From NCBI GenBank assembly GCA_038496445.1, contig JALMLS010000005.1, positions 62,001-126,000 of the forward strand: a stretch of DNA of 64,000 nucleotides, written 5' to 3'. Both the position numbers and the translations under genes were made by a program. Below are positions 1 to 13,011 of the stretch, in pieces. Position 1 is the first letter of the stretch; each line of letters begins with the position of its first letter. Under the pieces are notes generated by a model that saw only the letters and a list, made by a program, of their open reading frames with translations, was not told the DNA's origin and searched no databases. The DNA is from Trichosphaerium sp. ATCC 40318 (taxonomy: Eukaryota > Protista > Tubulinea).

Positions 1-1256
1 ACACCTGGCACACAGTTAATTTCTAACCCAAACAATGCAAAAAATGTGTTTAAACAACTTAGGACAGGTACTATTTTTTTTATTTTCGCTCCGGATATTT
101 TCGGATTTTGACGGATATCGCCTACTTTACACGTTTTTTTCCAGATACTCTGTTCACTGTTGTCATGTGACCAAGATCCTACAGGTGGGTACCTAATGTG
201 ACGTACAATACAAATTGCTTATGCATTCAGTGACATACAAACAGCTTTGAGAAACTTGCACTCTTCCATGAAACAGCACCTTGAAGATGGTACGAATGAG
301 TACCAATTGAGGTGCTCAACACAACTTCTTTATTGTTATGGCATGAACATTAGCTCATCTTAGTTTGGGTACACTCCCTTTCAGAAACAGAGGGGCATTA
401 TGTACTGTTCACAGCCTGTACATGCTCCATCTAAAAAAGGTATCCTTCCGCAATTGTAAATTGCTACCTTTGTATTCAGAATCATTGAAACAACACAATC
501 AGCACAGACTGCCACAAAGAGAATATACAGATACCAGAGGTGTAATAATCCCCTCAACAAGATTAATTCAAACGACAAACCATTGGAGGAATGCAACGAA
601 TCTGTAAGTACAAAGCAATTGCCAATTGTCAAATTTTTTTATCTGTTTTGTAATTTCAGTATGCAATTTTCACGGCATGGACATGTTTACTTTTTACATA
701 TTAATTCCTATGATTGCTTTTGGCGTACAATTAGCAATTGTTCCGTAAACTGACACATTGCAAGTGTCACTTGACACTTGGTGTCAACAATTGTCAATTG
801 CATAAACAGGGAGATAAGTACACTTCCTCCTGTTCCTACGAGCCATAAAACAAGTGTGCTCAAAGAATGTGGAAACAAATGAGCATTAAAAACATTGTAC
901 AGCTCCTTCAATCTACACCACCAAAGGTACATGCTTCAATTTTCAAGTACCAAGTTTCTCTAAGAAGGCAATTTCCAGTTGCCCAACCTCATTGACATCA
1001 ATGCCATTAGGTACAGCTTTGACACTAAGCAAGGTGAGTGCACCATATTGCCAGCAGCTTTCACCAAACAAGGAAAAAACACCAATTGCCCTTAGTATAA
1101 TTCATCTCGTTATCCGGAAAAACAAGGAAAATTCCGACACACAACCGTCAAAAGCCGAAAATATCCGGAGCAAAAATAAAAAAAATAGTGCATGTCCATA
1201 CTTAGTGATAGCGTCAAGACAAATAGAGTACACAAACAGACAAGAGCTTTAATCAT
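1..1256 (-). CDS. Secreted protein, 5' part only (exon 1 at 1202-1256, exon 2 from 22 running off the window); intron 1 contains a TIR element
   Basis: Exon 1 reads MIKALVCLCTLFVLTLSL (signal-peptide-like). GTATG donor at 1201 and TTAG acceptor at 23 join in frame to K-I-N-C-V-P-G. Confidence 0.55.
63..1196. mobile_element. Non-autonomous Mutator-like (Pack-MULE-like) TIR element carrying decayed gene fragments
   Basis: 70-114 matches the reverse complement of 1145-1189 at 43/45, and the match extends out to GACA/TGTC termini. Flanking direct repeat is CA-ACTTAG (55-62) and CATACTTAG (1197-1205). The interior has stop-interrupted coding-like frames and intron-like segments, with no recognisable transposase. 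Confidence 0.7.
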
Positions 1257-1561
1257 TGCGAAACTGCAGTTTTCTGGAACAAATATCGAAAATGTTGCAA
1301 CAACTCTGTAGTAGTTTTGTAGTTTGTAATAACTCATAAGTCACGTCTGCGGTTTTAACGTTAAAGCATACCAAACTTGCATTTTTTGTCAACTACCAAA
1401 AAACTCATGTTATTTATTGCTTCCTAAGTCAATTAGAGTTGATGTGTTACCTATTCGGACTAGTAATTCATTGTCGGGCAAAAGATGGAACTTTGTACGA
1501 AATGCGATTTAAAGGGGTAGAACTCCACGAACTGCCTTGTAAATACGCTACATCTCCTTTA

Positions 1562-2900
1562 CTACGCGCAAATACGTATCTGAGGCCGTTTCTTTTGGCT
1601 TTTTGATTAATTTTTATTTGTTCTCTTTTTCTTTAAATTACACCTTACGCAGTAGCTCTCGTGTTCTTGATAAGATTGCTACGTGTGCGTCTTCATTATT
1701 TTCCCACAAAGTCACAGCGAAATATACAAATGCTGTGATCCAACATATAAGCCCAATGACAATATACGACAAAAGGTAACCAGCACAAGCTTTCCCAATG
1801 GGCCTTTTGAAAAAAAATCAAAACAAAAAAAAAAACTATTATCTTGACGTTTCTCTACAATAGGCCTCTGGTATCCTTAAACGTACCTTGGAGCGTTATA
1901 CCGTTGGAGTATTGTACCGCTTCTTGCTTGTGTTGTCCCTAATAATTATATTAGACATGAGGGATGGCTTTTTGAGTAAAATATGTCAAGTGCTTACCAG
2001 CTGCTAATCGTCTTCTTTGAGACATTCGCCCTTGCCACCGCATTATAGCATAAAATGTAATACCGCAAAAAAGAGTGGCTATCAAGTTTGTAGATATGCT
2101 CTCTTCTTCAGCTGCTCAAACACGTGTTAGCACGTGGACAAAAGGTGAAAAAGTTTGTTTTTTGTAATTTTGAAAAAGCGTACAAGCAAGATCAGATGCA
2201 ATATGTGCTGTGATAATGTCCTCCAGAGATATTTCGTCATCGTCCTTTGTAATTATCAAAACGTCTTGTACGTCAATAGGCTTAATATCTGCTATGGTCC
2301 AATCCTATTTAGAGGTTAATTACATGACGTGGCAATCGAGAATTCTCAAACAACGTTTTTTTTTTGCAACGTTTTTTTCAGGCATTTTTTGTTGTGGCGT
2401 ACTCTACGTTTTTTGGTATCTACTGTAATACGTGCTGCTACTTCTGCGTATAAAAGCGGTTGTAGAAATGTTACAACTGAGTTTTTAATTCTTTCTGTAT
2501 CACCATCCGTATCCGCGTGTAACGTAACGTATGCACTTGCATCTAGATATACGGCGTATTCAATGTCATCATTATTGGTGTAGTTCTACAAAACAAAGTA
2601 AGTGACCATCTAGCTGTTTGTCTTGTATGGGCGGATGGGTTTTTACCTTCACACGTAGCGTTATGAAATTATCTTGGTTGAAATCATCTACACTGATAAT
2701 TGTAATATCCTACGCGCGTCAGACGTATACAGAGATGTTTAACGTACAATAACTTCAATATCATTATTATTGCGTCTCTTTTCGCTCTGTACACCCTATA
2801 TCGTTGTAAGAATGATAAATATGGAGCGTCATACGTAGCAGTGAACCAAACAAACAATTGCAACAAATAGCGCTAAATACTGTCCTAGCGTCGCTGTCAT
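1562..2900 (-). CDS. Hypothetical membrane protein (signal peptide, acidic ectodomain, about two TM helices), multi-exon
   Basis: Spliced reading MTATLGQYLALFVAIVCLVHCY|GVQSEKRRNNNDIEVI|... with hydrophobic segments LIATLFCGITFYAIM and YLLSYIVIGLICWITAFVYFAVTLW. The 3' end is uncertain. Confidence 0.6.
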
Positions 2901-3097
2901 ATTTAATATGCCAATGCAACGCGTAGGAGACTAATTAGGGCAATTACCACGTATTTGGTCAATCGTACAGCAAATAAAAAAATAAAAGTCAACCGTCAGT
3001 CTTGATTTATTGCTCATAAAGATCGGTCATTCTTCGATTAGTTGCATTTTTTGTTTTATTAACGTAGATATTGAAATGGGTTATCAAGAGAAACAAT

Positions 3098-4517
3098 TTA
3101 TTGGGAAAAATACTCCTTGACATTGGCATCAAAGTATTTATCGAAACAGTTCGAATAGTAATCGCCTGCAACAATTTTATTAGGCCAAAAGGACAGCTAT
3201 TTCTTTGCCAAAACCACGTGACAGACTTTTTTTTTGTTAAACTTACCGTGAGGACATGTTGTTGTGAATTTGTGCAATCTACCTGTTTCACTTAGATTCC
3301 TAAGACCAATCCAATCTTCCTTCCAAATTGGCAGAGTTTCAAGCGCTACAACTTCTTTATCTTGCTTAGGAGCATACTCGCCCCACCAACCAGTTTCTAA
3401 ATATGCCAAGTAAGTACAACAGCCAAATATTTATCAGTATTACCTTTTGGTATGAGCACTTCATCAACCAGAGAATAGCTCATTACAAGATTTTTTAAGC
3501 CTAAAATTCTGTTCTTGTAGGCACTGTTTTTTACTACTTGATTATCTATCTGGGCCAATATAGGGTTAGCTTTAATATATCCAGGTAAATTAAAAGGGTC
3601 TATTCCAGACGTGTTAGTGAGGACTTACGACTTTAGCTGTATTTTTTTCGAAAGCAGAAACGCGTACCTTTCCAGTATGCTGGAAACGATAGAGTGTCTT
3701 GGACAATCTCATCGTAAACACAACAATCAGCAATAGCTTCTAGTATAGTGTCTAAATAGAAACCCACATTAGATCAGTTGACAAGGATTTTTACTTACTT
3801 AAAGTAGAGTTATCCAATTTCGGAACACCATACTAAAAGTAGTCAGTAAAAAAAAACAAAACCAGAAAAATTCAAACGTACTTGACCTCCTTGAGGAGAT
3901 ACCCATAAAATCAAATTATTGACAGTTACCTCTTCACACCTAAAAGTAAACGTGACTGAGAAATCGTACAAAAAAGGCGAAAAGTAAAAGTAATTTTTTT
4001 TTCCAACTCACTGTTCGGCAAATGCGCGTGCTATTACACCGCCTTGGCTCATCCCCATAAGGTTTATTGCTTGCCCGTTAATGGTTGGGTCTGATTTAAC
4101 AGCGTCACAAAGTTCTTTTATCTGTGATGAGAGGCTGGCTAGTGGTCGAGTTAATTTTCCTTTCTGGACTTTTCTAGGCCTACTTACAAAAGATCGATGT
4201 TTCGCCTCCATTGCCTATAATCGGTGCGAGAACCTAATATTGTCAATGTTTGCTGTATTTTCGCTCTACAAGTGTAATTGTACGTAAATGCCTTTGTAAG
4301 TTTCTTCTAGGACTTCTTTGACGTGTGCCATGGTACCATTGGATGCCCCTAAGCGCTTTTAGTAATGTAGCTCGCGAATGCGTTTGTACCAATCCCATGC
4401 ATCAAAACAGCTGGCCTAGGACGCGTGTCAAGCGAAAAGTACAATTTTAACAAGTAATCACCTGTAACAAGAAGCTAGCGCAGCCGTAAAAAGAACAATA
4501 AGCCCTATCCGTAACAT
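3098..4517 (-). CDS. PPT1: Palmitoyl-protein thioesterase (PPT1/PPT2 family), lysosomal alpha/beta hydrolase
   Basis: Signal peptide, RPAVLMHGIG, nucleophile motif GMSQGG, and C-terminal WKEDWIGLRNLSETGRL...CPHG. Confidence 0.88.
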
Positions 4518-4715
4518 AACAAAGTAGAGCTGTACACAAGCGAATTGATGGTTGAAAGTGGACTTAATAGCTGATCGTTAAGACACGCCATTTGACACTT
4601 AATTTTTAGACTAGTTGGGCGGTTGTTATAATGATGACTTACAAAGCGCCACAAACGAAGTTAGAGAGAGGAGTATGAATGGGCACTAAGTTTTTTTGCA
4701 TTTATTTTTAATTGG

Positions 4716-6346
4716 TTATCCACCAATGAGAATCATTGGCCTATTTTTTCTCTTGTTCTTATCTATACTATACATGCCGGCGTGACTTGCACGCTTTCGT
4801 CCAACAGCTGTAAAATCAATCGTCAATAATGTAACAATAACAAGAACGAAATGATTCGTACCCATGTCAATCAGTTTATGTAACTCTTCATCTGTTGCAC
4901 CTTCTCGTATTTTATCACGTAGTGATACTTCTGAGGCCCCAAACAAACAAACCTTGAAGCTATAAGTAAAATAATGAAGTGGAAGTAGACTAATCACACC
5001 TTCAAAGAACCATCAGCCATTAGTCTAAGTCTGTTACATGTTGCACAAAAGTGATTTGACATTGATGTGATAAACCCAACTTTTCCTTTAAACCCAGGAA
5101 CACCATAACTCTTTGCTGTGTGATTATTCTCGTCCTGATGTCTCTCAAGAGGGAAACTTTTCCTTATAATATCTATCATTTCTGTGTATGGCATAAAACG
5201 TTTGTCTGTCCAGCAGTTTCCATCAAAAGGCATAAATTCTATGAACCTCACATCAAGCTAAACAAGTCTTTGTAAGTTTAACCATCCGCTAATAATCGAC
5301 AGTACTGAGTGTTCCTTCGTCCATGCTACAAAATCTACTAATTCATCGTCATTTACACCACGTTGTACAACAACATTAAGTTTGACAGGATCAAAACCAA
5401 GCTCCAATGCTAAATTTATAGATTTTATTACTTTGTCAAACCCCTAACCATAGTGTCAATACTTAAAAGATTACAACTTAATAAAGGATTAACGTACATT
5501 CCGCAAGGTGAGTTCAGGAAACTTCTTTGGTTGTAGTGTATCAAGAGAAATATTTAGAACATTTAATCCCGATTTGTACCTAGACGTCACAATTATAAAT
5601 CAAAAATTGTCGAATATAAACGTGATCATACAACATAGGTAATTTCCTCGGTAGTGCTATACCATTTGTTGTCATGCCAAGCGTTTTAATGCCTGGTATG
5701 GAACCAAGAGACTCAACTATTTCTAAAATATCTTTTCGTACCTGTACCGCTGTTGTGAGCTAAATGGTCGAACAAACGAGCGGTTGAATTTAAATAATAT
5801 AGCTGTTTTTCACAAACTCGAAAAATTAGCGTACAGTTGGCTCCCCGCCTGTCAGGCGTATTTTATCGACTCCGTTCGCAGCGAAAATACGTGCTATACG
5901 CTCAATTTCGCCATTAGTTAACATTTTATCTTTTGGTTGTAATGGCACTCTAATAACAATGTTGACACTTGACATACGCTTGATAAGTACCCTTCTTCTG
6001 GCATACAATAAGTACATCTCAAATTGCATTTCTCTGTTAAAGAAATGCGTAGGTAGTTATGAAATCGCCCAAATGTATCTGTTAAAGCGCTTCCTGGCAT
6101 TCTGGCGCGTTTCTAACACTACTTAGTTTCAATTAGCTTCAACAAACATACAGCAGGCATCTCCATATCCGTGGGTGGTTGCCAGTTACTGTGGTCCTGT
6201 CGTGCGGAGGTTGTGGCGGAGGCGGCCGTACAACGAAATCTGGGGTTGCGTTTTACGCTAACAGGCGATCTCTGACGCGTGTTAAAGGGTAGATCCTCTT
6301 TAAAAACGTACAGAACATTCACGCGAAAAAAAGACATATCCAGCAT
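4716..6346 (-). CDS. MOCS1A: GTP 3',8-cyclase (molybdenum cofactor biosynthesis protein A), radical SAM, with an N-terminal transit-like extension
   Basis: [19 protein letters not shown] (CxxxCxxC), [34 protein letters not shown] and C-terminal RPMILIGG*. Confidence 0.96.
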
Positions 6347-6795
6347 TCCCTGAGCGTGCCAACATTGCGAAAGACAAACAACAGACAAGTTAAGTTCGCA
6401 ATATATGAATTCGCTCGTTTTGTTCTTTCACTAAATACCTTGTACTCAGTTTATCTTGACACTCACCACCCGCGCACAATCGAATGGTGTTTTTGACTTC
6501 TGTTTGAGCCTTTTATGGCAATAACGCTACTTAATGGGATGAAACCTTCTCAACAATCTGAGTACATTTCCTTTTTTGCTTGAAAGACTTTTCCTACGAC
6601 TTAAGTAGACACTCACTACACAGTTCTTGTTGATTGGGGCTTGTTTTAATGCTTTTTTACGAGTTTAAACAGAGCATTTTAAATCACTTTTGAAGTCAGT
6701 AATAAATGAAGAACATGCACGTGATACTTTTCATTTCTTCTTTAAAAGCACTCGAAAACTTAGATTCAACAACATCTGAATAAAATCGTGATTTA

Positions 6796-8297
6796 TTAGC
6801 AAATATCAAAGTCTTCATCAGGCGCGATCTTAGCATCCGGAATCTCCGAAAACACTTCCAAGATATCTTCAAGTAATGCAGTATCATTAAGATTTTGTGA
6901 TTCTTCTTTTCCAGAAGGCAGATCAAAAGGAGTTGAGAATGTCACTTTTTTGTCTTCTTTTGGTGATGTCAAAGAAGGATCATCGCTCTTTTGTTTACTC
7001 CTAGATGGTAACGGAGGCGGTGGTAGGTTCTTTGTTGTGCGTGACGGAACAGGAGGAGGAGATTTTTTAGCCCTAACAGGTACAACACCAAACGCCTTTT
7101 TGGGCTTTGCTGGTGCAACGGGTTTCTTTGTTTCTATTGGCGCTTTTGGGAGTGTCTTTTCTTTGCTCGTCGTTGTTGGTGCTTTCTTTTCTGAAATTAG
7201 TGTTGTTTGTGTTTGTTCTTTACTAGGCTTCACGCTTGTCCATGCGCTGTCATTCGCTGTATCACTTGGTTCAGGTTTGGCACTTAAAGTCCGAGTTGGG
7301 ACTACTGCTGGTGTGGAATCTTTGGCTAAATACGCTTCGAGACTTCGCTTGTGGTACGTAGTTTGAAGAGCAATAAACTAACTTTGGATTAGGCAATCTA
7401 TACTACTCTAATTTTGACGCGCACCATGGCACAAATGCCCTCTATTTGGCTATCTTTAACTTCGCTGACAGATAATAAAGCTGTTGACACATTTATTTGG
7501 GCCAAAGTGTATGCAGTTTTTGCTTCTTCATAACGATCTTCGAACTATCAAATATTTAGTTAATTCTCTTTTTTTCAATAAACTGTGATAATACCAAGTG
7601 ATGCCTGGGGTTCTGTTCAGTTGATTTTTCGAATTGTTTCCGTTTTTGTTCCATATCAGCAACAGCAAAGTCATATTTATCAACTACATTCTAGCACACG
7701 TCAGTGAGGTTAGGAACAGTTCACTAACAATACTCACTTTTTTAATATCGTTTAGTTGCTCTACAATTCCATAAACCTCGTCTTGTAAACATGTCATCTT
7801 TGCTTCAAAATCTGACCTAGCATTACTCCTTCTGGATACCTGTGATGTTATTGTTAACTACCAAACAAGAAAATACGTCACGTGAACCGATACCTTGAGT
7901 TGATTGGCCGAAACATTCACTAGAAACGAAGAAGATGTCGAAGAAACATCGCTTTCAGTTACTTCAACTGCTGAAGCCATTTGTAGCTATTTACTGTCAA
8001 CACGTGATGTGAAAGAAACAATCTAAAGTACCATAACGTCTGAAACGTTCATCGCCGCTTCAGTGGTTGCATTAATAGCCTTTTCGTATTTGTTTAAACT
8101 CAAAATAACAGTAAGCCTCTTTATCAAGAGAAAAAACTACAAAGAGGGTAGAATTACCTCTTTAGTAGCGCTGTCATCTGTTTACGATGATCTTGGAACA
8201 TTGCGCGCATTCTGTCAAGCGGTTCGTTAACAGGCGCATTTTTTACAACACGTGACGAAGAACCACCACTGAACCACTTGGCGCTTTTCTTTAACAT
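6796..8297 (-). CDS. BAR-like helical coiled-coil protein with a long Pro/Lys-rich tail
   Basis: Spliced helical N-terminal half (...DKYDFAVADMEQKRKQF...FEDRYEEAKTAY...FIALQTTYHKRS). Tail has SH3-ligand-like PPPVPSR and PPPPLPSR. Confidence 0.6.
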
Positions 8298-8910
8298 ATG
8301 TCTCGCTTTCTGTACAAAAAGGAATAAAGTTGAAACGCAACGAAATTTTGGAATTGGATCGAAGTTTTGGGCAACGTTTGGAGCTTTACATAGGATCTGA
8401 AGGGCCATCTTGGCGGATGACTATCGTTTCTACAGGCTTCACATTGATTTGTGGTTAAAAGCAGCGTGAACCATGTAGAAACAGCCAATAAGCGCTGAAA
8501 CACTAGCATTGGGCGTTGGATCTACTTTGATGAGTCAGTACAGGCTTGACAGTGTATAATAAAAGGCGGGTAAAGAAACGATTTATCAGAAACCTTCAAG
8601 TTATCACACTGGCGATGGTTGCCACTAGTAAGCAAAACACCTCCATATTAAATTCGGCTTTTTGTTTGTCATCATTTAAAAAGAAAAAGCTTTGCAATCG
8701 CTACTTTAACTAATACGTACGCTTTCTCTGTATAACTACGACTGTATGTGCACGATGGCGAAGACTTATTCCTTTGTCAAGCAGTGTGATGCCATCCAAG
8801 CAACGTAGATAGTTTGCAGTACGTTATGCACGCGTTGTTAGTTTGCTGGCAAGAGAAATAAATGAGTTTAAGGCCATGTACGCTTTTTAAGTAGTGTTTT
8901 GTCAAAAGCG

Positions 8911-11900
8911 ATGGCAGAACAGCCACAAGTGGGCGAAGCGCTACTGCGCTTTAATGTGGAGGCTAAAATGGAGAAAAGAAGATCTGTATTCGTCTTTACC
9001 GATCCAACAGTACACGATAAGAAAAAGAAATTTCTAAAACAACTGGTCTAATCAAAAAAGTAGCTTTACAATGTCACTATCACCTCTACTACATCTGTAG
9101 TATGGACTGTGGGCTTGAGATATTCTTCTTTATACAGATTCTTTACACACGTGCGTATACTACTGCCCACGTGATTAAAAAATGAGTTATGTACTAGGTG
9201 AGCGACAAAGTTGATGAAAACTTCAAACTACCTCCTAACACGCGTATGGTACGCTTCAGGGAAGAAGCAGCCAATCAACGCGCTTTTATTATCGAATCCT
9301 TCTTGAATTACCTTTCTCGAACTTATCCTGAATTGCTACTACAATTTGAAGAGCTTCTCATCTCGAAACATCCTGTGTACGACTTGTAGAACATGCTTTC
9401 TTTTTTAGTGCATATTTTTATTTGTTGTTCGTTATTCTTACCTTTTACAGTAGTGTTGTTGGAGATACTGTAACAGCGCCTACGTTTGTACAAAGATTTA
9501 AAAATATTGCAGATATGCTACAGAAAGAGATAGACAAGAAAGATATCGTCAGTATTGCGCTTAATATAAAATTCTTAGCAGACTTGCTTCACGAACAAAA
9601 TTATACAGGTCTGAGTCTTCTTGTTGTTCTATAGGCTTACTCGAGTATAGAAATCGCAGCTAGACTATACGTTGCCTGTTATAAATTATCTATAGAAGAT
9701 GACACGCTCACTCATCAATACGCCTCAGGTATTCCAAATCACTTTCTGCTTTTTTACTTAAAACACACACAGAACTAATGGAAAAATATAAATCTCTCGA
9801 AAGCGAATGTATATATCGCCTTCAAGAAATAGGAGAACAATTTAATACAATAACAGATGTTGCCGAAGTACACATATACTGCATGAGATGAAATAAGTTA
9901 TTCTTATTTTTACTAGAAAAAAGCGATTGCCTTGTCACCTGAGAGACGATCAAAGGTCATGAACGTAGTACGTTCAGTTGCTGCTCAAAAGATTGAAAAT
10001 GGTGATATCCCATTACCGATCGTACGGGCATCTAGAATACGATACAAGAATATAATGAGCCAGGTAGCCTTATAAACAATTGTGATGTTGTAAAGTAATG
10101 AGGTTATTTGACTTTTTATTAGATAATATCGAGCGCAGTGTTGCGTGCACCGTGCCCTTTTGCACTAGTTTGTTTGGCCCATAATGACTCAGTACGTGTA
10201 TATTAAAATGGCAATGAGAAGTGATAGTTTCGTTAAGGTTGAACACTTGTATGCACCTTTCAAGATCGTTATACTCATCCCTGCAATTTCAAACTCAGTC
10301 TTAAAGGCACGTTGACACCATCTTTAAAGTACCTAACCTTCTTTTTCAGTTCTTTTCAGAAATCACTGAGTTGTTGCAGTTGGTTTTTGCAAGTTTTGGG
10401 GAAACATTTGTACCTATATTTGGTATGAATGTGCAACGGTACATCAAACAAAAAAAAAGATTGTTCATGGATTCTTCTAACAATGTGATAGACCGTCGCC
10501 TTGTGTATCTGGTGTTAGACTGATGGATAGTTATAAGAATAAATTATTTACACCGTCAACACTAGCTTCACATGTACTTGATATCACGTGTAACGGAGCG
10601 ATTGAAAGGTAACAAAACATTCATGTTTTGAGCCAATTTATCTAAGTGTTGTGTAGAAACGAATTTTATTACACAGACTTGTTTTACGGGAGTAAGGACT
10701 TGATACACGAGTATAAATCTATCCTACAAAATTGTTTGAGTAAACCAGGTACAGGAACCAATGTATTAGTGAGACTAATGGTTCTTCAAAAACAAGTTAC
10801 TTCAACTCAGAGGATTTGCACTTTTACTTGGTGTGAAAGACATACACTTGTACTTCAAGACTTGGCAGTTATTTTATGGAATTGCTGGGTACCTTTAATC
10901 ACAGAAACACAATCAGGTTTATCAGTATATCATCACTTATGGCGTGATATTGACTTAATGGTACATGCCACACAGATTGCTTTTTTGTACACTAACCACG
11001 TGTTTAGATTACAAACATTGCGCTATTTTATGGTGTCCATCTGAGGTACTACTAGCTAAGCCTATGCAACTACTTCTTAGCTTATTTGATATACAGTGAC
11101 TTTGAGGAAAAGATACTTGCACTTGCAAGTCATCAACACATAAGTGTTGAGAATGCATCGTACAGTTTTTTTTTTGTTTGTTTATCAGCGTCTAACTTAG
11201 AAATACAGTTATATTCTCAAGGTATTCTCGGGTTACGTGAATGTTATAGCTAATCTAAATTTATGGTATGAGGTAAAACAAGACTTACAGACTACTTACC
11301 TGCATTGGTAATTAAAATATATTTAGGAACATTGTGACATGTTATTTTATAAGGCAAGTTCTCACTGTGGTGACACGTGCAAAAAAACCTTACAATCCTA
11401 CTATGTTATATTTTTCATTCCGTTACATAGTGGATACTCAAAACTGGTGTAGTACTTTGTATTAATTGAATAGGAGTTGTCTTTTTTTGAGTATTGTTTG
11501 ACGATTCTAATTTTTTAGTACAGCTTCCAAGAAATTTTGATGAAGAAGGTGCAAGACTTATTGCAGATGAGGCTTATGTCGAGGCAATATCACATATCGC
11601 TGCGCTTAGACATGGTTTGTTATCAAAGATGAAAAGTTTTGTAGATGGACATGGTACTATCAACGTGTTCAGCAAAGATAGGTAAAACCTCACATACAAT
11701 ACTCCGTAAAAGTGCACAGAAACGGCCTTCAGAGTCACCTTGATTAAAGCTTTTCTAATCTATTTCCAACATTGTAGCATTGAGATATCAGATGATTTAA
11801 GACATGCTTTGGGTAATCTATATTGTGGTAATGCTGAAGAAACAGGAAGTATTATACAGGAAGTCGTAACCCAAATGACAAGAAAAAATAAATCAATGGC

Positions 11901-12842
11901 GAGATTTCTTGTTGTACACGTGGTGCGCATAGATACAAGTCTAAAAATGTTCATATCACTAAATTTAATAGCAACTTACATGCAGATCTTACAAAGCAGC
12001 TCATGGAGAGACAAAACGACTCTTAGAGGATAGCAAAGAAGCAGCAGATAGAAGGCATTGAAGCTTTTGATTTTTTCTATTGAATTAACTTGCTTTTTGC
12101 TTTTTCAGTCGGACGCCAAGCGCCACTGCAGATGTTGTAAAAGCTCTTGTATTTCATGGCATGGCACTATTAGGTTTGAGTAAATATAAAGAAGCTGTAG
12201 ACGTATTCACAGAAGCTGTGGAATGTTCAAGTACAATTAACTTTGCAAAATGTTCCTCTTGCTAATACTCTATTACAGCGTCTGTTTATTGCTCCCTTGC
12301 AACTCTACCAAAAGTTTATCTTGGATATGGTACCTTTTAAATTAAACTTGTGTATCTAACTGTCACCTGTAGCTCACATAAAAGCCGAAAACATTCCAGC
12401 AGGGATAGGTACGCATTGACTTCAATATGGTCACGTGATTATTTTCGCTAACCCAGCATGATAACCCTTTAATTGTTTTGAAATAGCATTGTTGGAGGAA
12501 AGTATAGAAGCCATAGAGCACTACATTGGTAAGAACATAAAAAGAGTTGCTGAAAACTTATTTTTACCTATCAAGGTATACATTGTCTGGAGCGGTTCAT
12601 AGCGATGTCTTACTTATGTATTGGTTTAAAGAAACAAGGATCACCTTATAGTTCAAAGATACTCATGAAATTGCTTGATTTGAAAGGTAACTCCATTAGT
12701 GTAAAAGGTTGTAATAGTTAACTGTCTCAATTTAGTTATTCTTTTTGGTAGCGAGACTATCTACCCGTTTGTGGATGATTTGTTTATTGAGAGTGAAATG
12801 CCTCTCACTACTTTATTGGGTGTAAACTTGTACGGTCAGTGA
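8911..12842 (+). CDS. PX-domain protein with long helical/TPR-like C-terminal region
   Basis: N-terminal LYNVTIT...WTVGLRYSSLYRFF...FKLPP...NQRAFIIESFLNYL fits the PX pattern. TPR-like helices late in the gene (ALVFHGMALLGLSKYKEAVDVFTEAVE). More than 20 short introns. Confidence 0.7.
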
Positions 12843-13011
12843 TGGTTTTTTTTACCTTAACAATAAACTAATATGACAAATTACATTGCTTCTTTATTGT
12901 TTTATTCTGTAGTATATTGACCTACACTGTGGGCCTAACTAACCTATATGTTGGTTTTTACTTTATCATGACATATACTTTAGCAAAGGAGTAATGTATT
13001 AAAAAATAGCC

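Noticed and set aside
4560-4716. Bicistronic MOCS1A-MOCS1B arrangement as in animals
   Set aside because: No MoaC-like sequence follows the GG* stop. The next gene is PPT1.
6950-7366. Plus-strand 138-aa hydrophobic ORF (also those at 55326-56223 and 58686-59138)
   Set aside because: These are antisense shadows of real minus-strand exons.
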